A stretch of DNA of 64,000 nt. It comes from a virus. A program made the position numbers and the translations under genes. The notes beneath the pieces are model-generated. The model saw nothing but the letters and a program-made list of their open reading frames with translations. It made no database searches and was not told where the DNA came from. The stretch lies in the IMG/VR virus record IMGVR_UViG_3300045003_000080, positions 55,830 to 119,829 of that record. One strand, 5' to 3'. Shown here in pieces: positions 55,320 to 63,166 of this stretch. Positions within the stretch are counted from its first letter, which is position 1; each line of letters starts with the position of its first letter.

Positions 55320-55878
55320 TCTGGCGCAGGCAGTAGAGCCCGACGTGGTGGAAACCGAATCGGTGAAGACCGGTGCGCTGCTGCACATCAGTGAGCTGAT
55401 GCTGCTACCCGACGTGTCGCAGTGGGCCGGACGCGTCCCGGACCTGGAGACGATTCGCCGTACCCACGCGTTGCGTATCCGGGAAGTGCACCCGAACGAA
55501 TGGCGCGTGCATTTGGACGGCACGTGGGCCTGGTCGTATGAAGGGGGTTGGGTGGATCTTGAGAATGCGGACGTGATGGACCTGACGGACGCGACCGACA
55601 CTGCGCACGAGTTGATGGCGAAGCTCACCCCAAGCATCCACTCGGATCTTGATCGCGCGGCTAGGCGCGCCGAACTGGACGCCGCGAAGGAAGACGAGGG
55701 CTACGCCGCATTGGCCGCAAGCCGCAACGAGGAAGACGAAGCATTCGAACGGATGATGCGCGCTCGGCGCCGTGACGCAGACGAGGAGCAGGCGGCCGAC
55801 GCGATCAGCGAGTTCTACGGGGGACAGTCGGTGCCCCTGCCGGATGGTGTCGTGCCAGCCGATGACGCCGAGCCCTGA
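55312..55878 (+). CDS. Hypothetical protein
   Basis: GTG 55312 after GGAGG, within track ORF 55057-55878. Confidence 0.65.
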   Translation: MTDLAQAVEPDVVETESVKTGALLHISELMLLPDVSQWAGRVPDLETIRRTHALRIREVHPNEWRVHLDGTWAWSYEGGWVDLENADVMDLTDATDTAHELMAKLTPSIHSDLDRAARRAELDAAKEDEGYAALAASRNEEDEAFERMMRARRRDADEEQAADAISEFYGGQSVPLPDGVVPADDAEP

Positions 55879-56258
55879 TGGATGCGTTTCGCCTGTTCGC
55901 TGCCGGGTCGCGCACCTGGACGGACGCGAGGCTGATCTTTCTGGACCTGGACGGGTTCCTCAGTCGGCACCCGGAAGGTTTGGTGATCAAACATGGGGGT
56001 GCGCGTGGTGCGGACCGGATCGTGCACCACTGGTGCCAGCGCCACCCCCAGGTGCAGGTGGAGGTGTTCGAGGTGACCCGGTTGGAGTGGGCGGCGCAGG
56101 GCAAAGCGGCCGGGCCACGCCGCTCCGCCCGGATCGTCAACTCAGGGGTCGACGGCATGATCGCGTGGATGCGTGGCGTATCACCCGGCACCAGGGCCGC
56201 GATCACGATCGCCCGCAACTCCGGCATACCCACATGGGTCAGGCGCATGGAGACGTAA
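55878..56258 (+). CDS. SLOG / DUF2493 (YspA-like) protein
   Basis: GSRTW...HGGARGAD...W...GKAAGPRR...SPGT. Confidence 0.85.
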   Translation: MDAFRLFAAGSRTWTDARLIFLDLDGFLSRHPEGLVIKHGGARGADRIVHHWCQRHPQVQVEVFEVTRLEWAAQGKAAGPRRSARIVNSGVDGMIAWMRGVSPGTRAAITIARNSGIPTWVRRMET

Positions 56259-56267
56259 GGAGAGGGT

Positions 56268-56591
56268 GTGGTCAAACAGTCCCCGCATACGCGGTGGAAG
56301 GGCTGCCCCATGTGTTCCGAGCACAAGCACAAGGGGCACGGGGATGCGTACCGGCTGCTCACCCCCCAGGTGATGCGTGAGGTCGGCGTGAAACGCCGGT
56401 GGAACCGACACGACGTGCCCGACCGTGACGACCTCGTCGACGAAGACACCGTCGGGTTCGACGCCGACTGTCGGCATGGGTGCAACGGGGTGTGTGTTGT
56501 CACCGGGTCGGAGAAGTGCACCTTCACCTGCCACCTCGGGTTGAGTCCTGATGATCCCTGGCTGGCCAAATACACGGAAGCAACACGTTGA
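56268..56591 (+). CDS. Cys/His-rich hypothetical protein
   Basis: CPMC; CRHGCNG.C...CTFTCH. Confidence 0.6.
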   Translation: MVKQSPHTRWKGCPMCSEHKHKGHGDAYRLLTPQVMREVGVKRRWNRHDVPDRDDLVDEDTVGFDADCRHGCNGVCVVTGSEKCTFTCHLGLSPDDPWLAKYTEATR

Positions 56592-56791
56592 TGCAATACC
56601 ATGTGAAAAGCTCAGTCTCGGGGCTGCGTCCCGTCCCGGGCGGGATCGAGTTCCGGTGCGCGTGCATGCACACGATCCAGGTCGAGTTCACCGTCGAACC
56701 CGGCGCCACGACCTGGGAATTCGCCGTCACCTGCGACGAATGCATGCGGGCACACTGGTTCACCGTCACCATCGGGCAGGCGGCTACATAG
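56588..56791 (+). CDS. Small Zn-ribbon protein
   Basis: CAC...CDEC. Confidence 0.6.
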   Translation: MMQYHVKSSVSGLRPVPGGIEFRCACMHTIQVEFTVEPGATTWEFAVTCDECMRAHWFTVTIGQAAT

Positions 56792-56801
56792 GAAGAGGTT
56801 C

Positions 56802-57743
56802 ATGGTGGCGGGTGCGCAGACGGAGATCGACGTCGACCGGGTCGCTTCTCTCGTCGCCGACGCACACGCCTTGCTCGACGAAGCCATCGAACGTGAGGTG
56901 CGTCAAGCCAACCGGCAGTTGGGTGGCATAGTCGTCCTGTTCTCTGGTGGCAACGATTCGACGACCCTCGCCCACCTGTTCAAGGACCGGGCGACACACA
57001 TGGCGCACGCGAACACCGGCATCGGCATCGAACAAACCCGTGAATATGTACGCGACACCGTGTCGTCGTGGGGGCTGCCCCTGCTGGAGAAGCACCCGGA
57101 CCCCTGGGCGACGTACCGGCTGCTCGTGCTCGGCCGGGTCCGCGCCCGCTCGGGCCCGAACAAAGGGAAGATCGTCTACGCTGGCGGGTTTCCCGGGCCG
57201 GCGATGCACTACATGATGTACCAGCGCCTGAAAGAACGCTCCCTGGAGAAGGTGCGCCGCGACCTGGTCGAGTTCCCCATGCATCAACGGGTGATCTTCC
57301 TCGCGGGGCGGCGCGCCGACGAATCCGACCGGCGCAAAGGACTGCGCGTCAAGGACCCGATCGAGCGGCGCGGCTCCACGATCTGGGTGTCGCCCCTGCT
57401 GAACTGGACGAAGCTTGACCTGAACGCCTACCGGCGCGTCTACCCGGACGTGCCAAGCAACGAAGTCAGCGACCTGCTCCACATGAGCGGCGAGTGCCTG
57501 TGCGGTGCGTTCGCCCACACCGACGAACTCGACGAGATCGAAACCTGGTTCCCCGAAACAGCCCGAGAGATCCGCGAGCTAGAGCACGAAGTAGAAGCCG
57601 CAAGTGTCGCCCCCCCCCAACGCTGCAGGTGGGGTTGGGGAGCGGGCAAGGAACGACCATCGAAGGTGGGCCTGATGTGCTCGTCGTGTGACGCACGGTA
57701 CGAACAACTCGCGTTGGACGGGTTTGATGCTCCGGATCGGTGA
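56802..57743 (+). CDS. PAPS-reductase-family (PP-loop) protein
   Basis: LFSGGNDS, NTG, GRRADES..R, SPLLNW, ECLCG, CSSC. Confidence 0.88.
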   Translation: MVAGAQTEIDVDRVASLVADAHALLDEAIEREVRQANRQLGGIVVLFSGGNDSTTLAHLFKDRATHMAHANTGIGIEQTREYVRDTVSSWGLPLLEKHPDPWATYRLLVLGRVRARSGPNKGKIVYAGGFPGPAMHYMMYQRLKERSLEKVRRDLVEFPMHQRVIFLAGRRADESDRRKGLRVKDPIERRGSTIWVSPLLNWTKLDLNAYRRVYPDVPSNEVSDLLHMSGECLCGAFAHTDELDEIETWFPETAREIRELEHEVEAASVAPPQRCRWGWGAGKERPSKVGLMCSSCDARYEQLALDGFDAPDR

Positions 57744-58803
57744 GTTGTGCGCCGGGATCGGCGCGCTCGGCTACGCCGTCACCGACGTGCTCGACGCACA
57801 GGTCGTGTGGCACGCCCAGTACGAGCCGAAGGACAAGCACCAGTACGCGGCCAGGATCCTCGCGCAGCGTTTCCCTGGTGTGCCGAACCATGGGGACATC
57901 AAGCTGATCGACTACGAGTCGGTGCAGCCCATCGACATGCTCGTCGCAGGGTTCCCCTGTCAAAGCGTCAGCCTGGCCGGCCGACGGTTGGGCATGGTGG
58001 AGGGAACACCGTCCGGGCTGTGGCGCGAGGTCGCCCGTGCTATCAACGAGTTGAAACCCGAGCTGGTGTTCCTGGAGAACGTGAGGTCGTTGACGAGTGC
58101 GCGAGCTGATAGCGGTGTGGAACCCTGCGCGTGGTGTGTGGGAGACAAGCGGGGGGGGGTGCCTTTGCGGGCACTCGGAGCTGTTCTCGGCGATCTGGCC
58201 GATCTCGGGTTCGATGCGGAGTGGCAGGTCGTACAGGCCAGCGACGTCGGCGCCCCGCATCGACGTGAGCGCGTATTTGTCTTGGCGTGGACGCCCCGTT
58301 GCTCCCCAGGTTCGCGGTCGGCGACTGCTGAAGTCGCCGACCGCGAACCTGGGGAGCAACGGGGGGGCGCAGCACCCGGACAAGCGGAAAGCCGGGGGTC
58401 ATGGGCCGACGCTCGCGGACGAGGTCGAGTTCCTGATCCCCAGGACGCTCCTGCCGACGGTGCGCACGACGGACTCGAACGGGCCGGGGACGCACGGGGA
58501 CGGGGGGATGGACTTGCGGACGGTGGTGGCGATGCTGCCAGGTGGGGCGCGTTCGCAGCAGCCATAGCTCATTGGGAGCGGGTGTTGGGGCGGTCGGCGC
58601 CGAATCCGCACAACGAGCGGGGGAAGTTGTCGCCTGCGTTCGCGGAGTGGATGTTGGGGCTTGATGAGGGTTGGGTGACGGGGGTTGCTGGGGTGCCGGC
58701 GACGGCGCAGTTTGCGGCGTTGGGTAACGCGGTGGTGCCGGCGCAGGCTGCGTTTGCGCTTCGGTGGTTGTGGGATCGGTGTGTTGGGGCTGGCGCAGAG
58801 TGA
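57727..58803 (+). CDS. C5 DNA cytosine methyltransferase
   Basis: ELCAGIG (I), AGFPCQ (IV), LENV (VI), PHRRERVF (VIII), EWMLG and LGNAVVP (IX-X). Confidence 0.92.
   Translation: MLRIGELCAGIGALGYAVTDVLDAQVVWHAQYEPKDKHQYAARILAQRFPGVPNHGDIKLIDYESVQPIDMLVAGFPCQSVSLAGRRLGMVEGTPSGLWREVARAINELKPELVFLENVRSLTSARADSGVEPCAWCVGDKRGGVPLRALGAVLGDLADLGFDAEWQVVQASDVGAPHRRERVFVLAWTPRCSPGSRSATAEVADREPGEQRGGAAPGQAESRGSWADARGRGRVPDPQDAPADGAHDGLERAGDARGRGDGLADGGGDAARWGAFAAAIAHWERVLGRSAPNPHNERGKLSPAFAEWMLGLDEGWVTGVAGVPATAQFAALGNAVVPAQAAFALRWLWDRCVGAGAE
58097..58567 (+). CDS. Overlapping +1-frame ORF in the methyltransferase (LLxTP-type repeats)
   Basis: WPISGSMRSG...LLKSPTANLG...PTLADEV...LLPTVRTTD...DLRTVV reads more like a protein than the main frame over the same bases. 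Confidence 0.6.
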   Translation: MRELIAVWNPARGVWETSGGGCLCGHSELFSAIWPISGSMRSGRSYRPATSAPRIDVSAYLSWRGRPVAPQVRGRRLLKSPTANLGSNGGAQHPDKRKAGGHGPTLADEVEFLIPRTLLPTVRTTDSNGPGTHGDGGMDLRTVVAMLPGGARSQQP

Positions 58804-58866
58804 GTCATGAGATTACGATGTGATCTCTCAAGCAGTTTCCTCTCTCCAGGCCGAAAGTAGCCGTCA

Positions 58867-59361
58867 ATGGAGCCGATTCAAGCTGCCCCGATTCCCGCAT
58901 TCGCGACACGTATCCCGGGCAGAGTTACCCAGTTCAAGCCGCACAAGATGTTGAGTCACGTGAAGGTTGCCGTGACCGCGTCACCCGACTGGTTCCTCCC
59001 TGACAACGAGTTGATTCGCGAGTGGGACGGCCGGTTCACGCAGCGCATCGTCGTGTACCGGCTCGACCCGTTCACGGTGCGCTACGAACCCTGGCTCACT
59101 GTGCGCCCAGGCGATACCCGGTCGCAGCACCCAGCGTTGCTGCCCCTCTCACGCATCCACGTCCCAGGCGGCCCCGACTACAGTGCGGTCGCGCAGGATC
59201 CGGCCGTGCGCAGGCTGCGCCACTCAGTGCACGCCGCGATGCGGGGACTCGGTGTGACGTCGGCCCAGCTGAGGCAGAAGGCGGCAGCCGGCACGCTCGA
59301 CCCGGTCGAGTTGTCGCTGTGGGGCCTGGTGCGGGGCGGCCTACCGGAGTCACGACTGTGA
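58867..59361 (+). CDS. Hypothetical protein
   Basis: 164 aa after an AT-richer promoter-like spacer. Confidence 0.65.
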   Translation: MEPIQAAPIPAFATRIPGRVTQFKPHKMLSHVKVAVTASPDWFLPDNELIREWDGRFTQRIVVYRLDPFTVRYEPWLTVRPGDTRSQHPALLPLSRIHVPGGPDYSAVAQDPAVRRLRHSVHAAMRGLGVTSAQLRQKAAAGTLDPVELSLWGLVRGGLPESRL

Positions 59362-59594
59362 CCACGAAAACCCAGCCACGTCAGGCGCCAGCCGGGGGCG
59401 ACCAACAGAGAGAGATGCGGCACGTCGTGTGCTGCCGCGACATGGACACCGCCCTGTGCGGCCTCGACGTATCAAGACACGGATGGGCGACCGGCACCGA
59501 ACCCCCATGCCCGGCGTGTGAAGGGCTGGAAGCGGGGCGTGGCTGCCGACGCATGTTCGGGCGCCTGTTCGGCTGCCCAGTAAGGGGGATGTGA
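59358..59594 (+). CDS. Small Cys-rich protein
   Basis: HVVCC...ALCG...CPAC. Confidence 0.6.
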   Translation: MTTKTQPRQAPAGGDQQREMRHVVCCRDMDTALCGLDVSRHGWATGTEPPCPACEGLEAGRGCRRMFGRLFGCPVRGM

Positions 59595-59915
59595 ATGCTG
59601 GTCCCGGACGAGTTCGTGCAAGTGATGCGGCGCGCCGGCCGCCCCGTGCGCGTCGCTCCCACGCCGGTTCGGCCAAGGGAACGCGTCGCAGTGCTGCTCG
59701 CAGGGGCCCGCGCGCGCGTCGCAGAACTCGGAGAAGACTGCGTCGGCGTGCGAGGCGAAGACCTCGCGGACATCCTGGAGATCCTTTACACGGTGGGGGA
59801 TTGCCTGTCATGGCCGGAGGATGCGCTGGACGCGTTGCGCAGGTCGCGTCGCCAGACTCGGGGCGGCTACGGGCGGGTACTGACCTGGGACCCGGCCGAC
59901 GAGGGGGACACGTGA
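59595..59915 (+). CDS. MazG-like all-alpha NTP pyrophosphohydrolase homolog (possibly degenerate)
   Basis: ELGE...EDLADILEIL...RRQTRGGY. Confidence 0.6.
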   Translation: MLVPDEFVQVMRRAGRPVRVAPTPVRPRERVAVLLAGARARVAELGEDCVGVRGEDLADILEILYTVGDCLSWPEDALDALRRSRRQTRGGYGRVLTWDPADEGDT

Positions 59916-60178
59916 CCGGCTGCTCCGGGCAGACACGCACCTTTGAACTGATCCGCCACGAAGACGTCACCGGGATCTCCGGCACCGGCGTGGTCGCGTG
60001 GGGCTGCCAATTCCCCGACGGGTGCGCCGTCCTACGCTGGGCGACACAGCATTCATCGACAGCCGTGTACAACTCGATCGGCGACATCGAAGCGATCCAT
60101 GGGCACGAGGGCCGCACCGAAATCAGGTGGACGCCACACCAGGTACGCGACCCCTTCGGCGACGCTGCTACGAGTTGA
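59912..60178 (+). CDS. Conserved phage hypothetical protein
   Basis: FELIRHEDVTGISGTGVVA.G..F.DG...IHGHEGRT. Confidence 0.75.
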   Translation: MTGCSGQTRTFELIRHEDVTGISGTGVVAWGCQFPDGCAVLRWATQHSSTAVYNSIGDIEAIHGHEGRTEIRWTPHQVRDPFGDAATS

Positions 60179-60950
60179 TCGTGTACGCGTACGTCACGAC
60201 GCGACCTTCCTCATGCACGATTTCGCCGTACAGAACGACACCGACTTTGTCGGAGTAGGTGTATCCGACGGCGAGCACCGGGGCACCAGCCTCGACGTGC
60301 AACGCTTTCGCCTCCCGGTCGGGTGGCAAGCCACTGGCCGGTGTCCAGTCGCCGTCGACTCGCCGTGACTTGAGTTGGTCCAGGCCGAAACGGGGCCTGC
60401 GCCCGGTCGCTGCCCTGATCCACGCGACTGGGTTCCCGGGCACGGGTTCCAGGAGGCGGGGCACTGTCTGGGCGAATTCGGCCCTGATCCAGACCACCGA
60501 CAGGCGGAACGGGTTGGGGTTGGACAGGTCGGAGATGTCGTAGGTGATCGACTCGCGGCGAATGACCTGGAGTGCTCGTGTCGGTTCGATGCCGAGTAGC
60601 CCGGCGACGTACTCGGGGCACGCGACGAGCCCGGCCGCCCTGACCTCCTCGCGTTGGCCGGCTGGGAGTTCGGTGGCGTTGACCTGGTCCTGGGCGGACT
60701 GGGCGCGCCTACCGGAGGCGACGACGAAGGTGCCCTGGTTGTTCGAGAACACGACGCCTTCGCCTTGCAGAACCTGGACTGCCTTGTGGGCGGTGGCGCG
60801 TGAGACCCCCATGGCCTCGGCGATCTCGGGGATCGACGCGAGGCGGTCGGTGGAGGCGCCGGTGGCATCTTTGAGTTCGCCCCTGGCGATGAGGTCTCGG
60901 AGGAGGTCCGCGATCTGGAGGAAGGGCGGTTTGGGGCGTTGGATCGGCAT
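60168..60950 (-). CDS. GntR (HutC/UTRA-type) regulator
   Basis: PPFLQIADLLRDLI...GVSRATAHKA...GTFV plus UTRA-like C-terminus. Confidence 0.88.
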   Translation of the reverse strand: MPIQRPKPPFLQIADLLRDLIARGELKDATGASTDRLASIPEIAEAMGVSRATAHKAVQVLQGEGVVFSNNQGTFVVASGRRAQSAQDQVNATELPAGQREEVRAAGLVACPEYVAGLLGIEPTRALQVIRRESITYDISDLSNPNPFRLSVVWIRAEFAQTVPRLLEPVPGNPVAWIRAATGRRPRFGLDQLKSRRVDGDWTPASGLPPDREAKALHVEAGAPVLAVGYTYSDKVGVVLYGEIVHEEGRVVTYAYTINS

Positions 60951-61010
60951 CGGCGTCCCTTTTTCTGGGTAGTCGGTGCTTATTGTCCTCACCATACCCT
61001 TGCCGTTCGC

Positions 61011-61047
61011 GCACTAGTAGGCATACGCTCCAATCGACTACTAGTAC
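61011..61047. promoter_or_regulatory. Paired ACTAGTA operator-like sites in a divergent region
   Basis: GCACTAGTAG...CTACTAGTAC near-inverted repeat. Confidence 0.55.
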
Positions 61048-61077
61048 GCACGATTTGCGCATGCGAGGTGATCCACA

Positions 61078-61512
61078 GTGAGCGGAGCCGTCGAACTCGC
61101 ACCGGTACTGCCCTACCAACGCCCCCCGTGCCCACACAGGCCGCCATGCTCCGACTTCGGACGCGACGCGAAACCAGTCGACCGTCACAGCGAGTTCGGA
61201 TGGTCACTGCTCTGCAATGGCGGCATCCTGTTCGACGACGGCGCATTCCTACGTCCACGCCCGCGCGACGAGGCGCGACCGATCCGTGTGGTGCTGCACG
61301 TGTGGGGGCTGACCGTTGCCGACGCCCAGCACGCGGCCAAAGAGGCATACAGTTCCGAACGCACGCGCCGATGGCAGATCGAGGATCTCGCCATGACTAC
61401 CGGCGTGCCGTGCCCGATCCGTAGAGATGATCCACTCCTCGTCGGACACCACGCCGTCGAGGGACGCGTCTGGGCCGCCTACCCCGTGACGGTGACCCGT
61501 CTTGAGGCTTGA
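61078..61512 (+). CDS. DUF5999-like protein
   Basis: CPHRPPC...HSEFGWSLLCNGGILFDDG. Confidence 0.75.
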   Translation: MSGAVELAPVLPYQRPPCPHRPPCSDFGRDAKPVDRHSEFGWSLLCNGGILFDDGAFLRPRPRDEARPIRVVLHVWGLTVADAQHAAKEAYSSERTRRWQIEDLAMTTGVPCPIRRDDPLLVGHHAVEGRVWAAYPVTVTRLEA

Positions 61513-61783
61513 GGAGATATACGACGAGTTCGCGCCCCTCGTCGAAGCGGTCGGCTTCGACCCCACTCCGGCCGCCTTGGAGAAGTGGATCGTGCGCAGG
61601 CGTCGTGGCGAGGAGCCGATCCCGCTCAATGCAGTACGAGGCTTGGCGGATCTGTGCGCGCGCCTGCTTGGGGAGCCGTTGCGGGGGGCGACGCAACCCG
61701 ACGGCGATGGCTATGATACGCAGAATGGCGATCGCCCCTCCGTATGCCCTCTCGCAGCCACCCGGGAGAACCACCATGCCTGA
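61502..61783 (+). CDS. Hypothetical protein
   Basis: Overlaps both neighbours by a few bases. Confidence 0.5.
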   Translation: MRLEEIYDEFAPLVEAVGFDPTPAALEKWIVRRRRGEEPIPLNAVRGLADLCARLLGEPLRGATQPDGDGYDTQNGDRPSVCPLAATRENHHA

Positions 61784-62396
61784 CGTCGTCGAACTGCGCC
61801 CCGGATACACAAGCTTCACCGACCTGACGCGGTACGGCCTGGAGCCCATCCAACGTGAACTACTCGGCGCACACGCCGACACGCAGAACATCGAAGTGTT
61901 CTCCACCGTGCTGGTGCCTGGCATCCTGCAAACCCCGGACTACGCGGAAGCACGGCTGACCGAAGCCGGGAAGATGCTGCGCGTCCCCGTCGACGACGTC
62001 GAAGCAGCAGTGGACGCGCGTATGAAACACGGCGAGCTGCTCCAGACACGCAGATGCCATTTCGTGCTCCACGAGAACGTGTTGCGGACTGCGACGGCGT
62101 CGCCGGCAGTGATGCGGGCGCAGCTCGTGCGGTTGCTCGCGTACGCCGAAGACGAGTCCACCATGTTCGGGGTCATTGAGGCGTCAACGAGGTGCCACGC
62201 TCCGTTGCACGCGTTTTGGATGTTGGACGGGAAGGTCGTCGAGGTCGAGACGTTCTCGGGGCGGCTGGAGGTCGACGACCCGGAGGAGGTGGCGTTGTAC
62301 GCGCGGTTGTTTGCCCAGTTCGGGTCGCTCGCGGCGTATGGGGATGACGCGCTCGATCTGATCGGTGACGCGCTGGACTATTGGGCGGGGAAGTAG
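61776..62396 (+). CDS. DUF5753-domain protein lacking the usual XRE HTH
   Basis: LVPGILQTPDYA...VLHENVL...VMRAQLVRL...EVALY; ATG after GGGAG. Confidence 0.85.
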   Translation: MPDVVELRPGYTSFTDLTRYGLEPIQRELLGAHADTQNIEVFSTVLVPGILQTPDYAEARLTEAGKMLRVPVDDVEAAVDARMKHGELLQTRRCHFVLHENVLRTATASPAVMRAQLVRLLAYAEDESTMFGVIEASTRCHAPLHAFWMLDGKVVEVETFSGRLEVDDPEEVALYARLFAQFGSLAAYGDDALDLIGDALDYWAGK

Positions 62397-62492
62397 GGGT
62401 TTCGGCGTCGCCGTCAAACCCCTAATACAGCTATGGTATGACTAAAACAAGAGGCTTGCATAGTGCCCCCCGCGCGGCTAACGTGGGGGGCA

Positions 62493-62577
62493 CTTCGCGT
62501 TGCGAAGGGTACGGATTCATCACTCGTCTCTGGAACGAACCCGATGGCCACCCCGTACCCACTCCGTTCTCGCGAAG
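62493..62577 (+). ncRNA. Y-RNA-like unit 1 (no tRNA-like module)
   Basis: CTTCGCG-TTGCG...CGTTCT-CGCGAAG closing helix; inner GGGTACGG/CCGTACCC stem. Confidence 0.7.
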
Positions 62578-62589
62578 ACCCCTTTCCGC

Positions 62590-62700
62590 CCCCGAGCTGC
62601 GCAGGTACATCGCCTACTTCAAAGGTTCGATTCCTTTCACCCCCACCCATGGGGGTGTGCCCCTGGCGGGCACCGGCGACACCGACTCGTTCTCTCGGGG
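62590..62700 (+). ncRNA. Y-RNA-like unit 2 (permuted tRNA-like module)
   Basis: CCCCGAG-CTGCG...CGTTCT-CTCGGGG; AAAGG-TTCGATT-CCTTT T-arm then closed acceptor-like stem. Confidence 0.8.
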
Positions 62701-62709
62701 CCAGTAGTA

Positions 62710-62852
62710 GCCCAGCTGCGACGACGACCAGTTCATCCCTTATAGATCGATAGGTTGCACGTTCGAATCGTGCCCCCGCTACCTGGCGGGGTAGCTCAAC
62801 GGCTAGAGCAATCGAACCGGTTTAAACCTGGTCGCCACCCTGTTCTCTGGGC
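62710..62852 (+). ncRNA. Y-RNA unit 3 (YrlA-like)
   Basis: GCCCAG-CTGCG...TGTTCT-CTGGGC. Order is T-arm (GCACG-TTCGAAT-CGTGC), looped acceptor stem, D-arm (TAGCTCAACGGCTAGAGCA). Confidence 0.88.
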
Positions 62853-62869
62853 GCCCACAACTTGATATT

Positions 62870-62970
62870 CCTCCAGTTGCGTTGTTCCGGGTTCCTTCAG
62901 TTGGGAAACTGCAGCTCTTGCGGTGCGGTTCGAGTCCGCGCACACCCGGGACGCCCGTGTTCTCTGGAGG
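62870..62970 (+). ncRNA. Y-RNA-like unit 4 (T-arm only)
   Basis: CCTCCAG-TTGCG...TGTTCT-CTGGAGG; GCGG-TTCGAGT-CCGC. Confidence 0.8.
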
Positions 62971-62984
62971 GCTTGTGATGTGGC

Positions 62985-63130
62985 GCGCCAGTTGCGACGG
63001 TGTCGGCTTACTTCATTCACCCTGATTAGGTGAAGACCCGGGTTCGAATCCCGGCCCCCCACTCGTGGGGGAGTGGTGTAGCGGCCTAGCACGTCGAAGA
63101 CAACAGCTGGTGCCATGTGTTCTCTGGCGC
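62985..63130 (+). ncRNA. Y-RNA unit 5 (YrlA-like, retains an anticodon-like arm)
   Basis: GCGCCAG-TTGCG...TGTTCT-CTGGCGC; TCACC-CTGATTA-GGTGA, CCGGG-TTCGAAT-CCCGG, CCCCCAC-TC-GTGGGGG, D-arm GTGTAGCGGCCTAGCAC. Confidence 0.88.
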
Positions 63131-63166
63131 ACCCCGTCACGCCCTCCCTCCTATAAGGGGGTTGTG

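Noticed and set aside
62415-62425. Contiguous match TCAAACCCCTA between concatenated array-1 dinucleotides and the region upstream of the Y RNAs
   Set aside because: Only 11 nt, does not extend, and fails when 1-nt gaps are imposed; plausible by chance in 128 kb of both-strand sequence.
62590-63130. Ordinary or split tRNA genes
   Set aside because: Arms are in permuted order with loop-closed acceptor stems and sit inside a shared closing helix, which fits Y RNAs.
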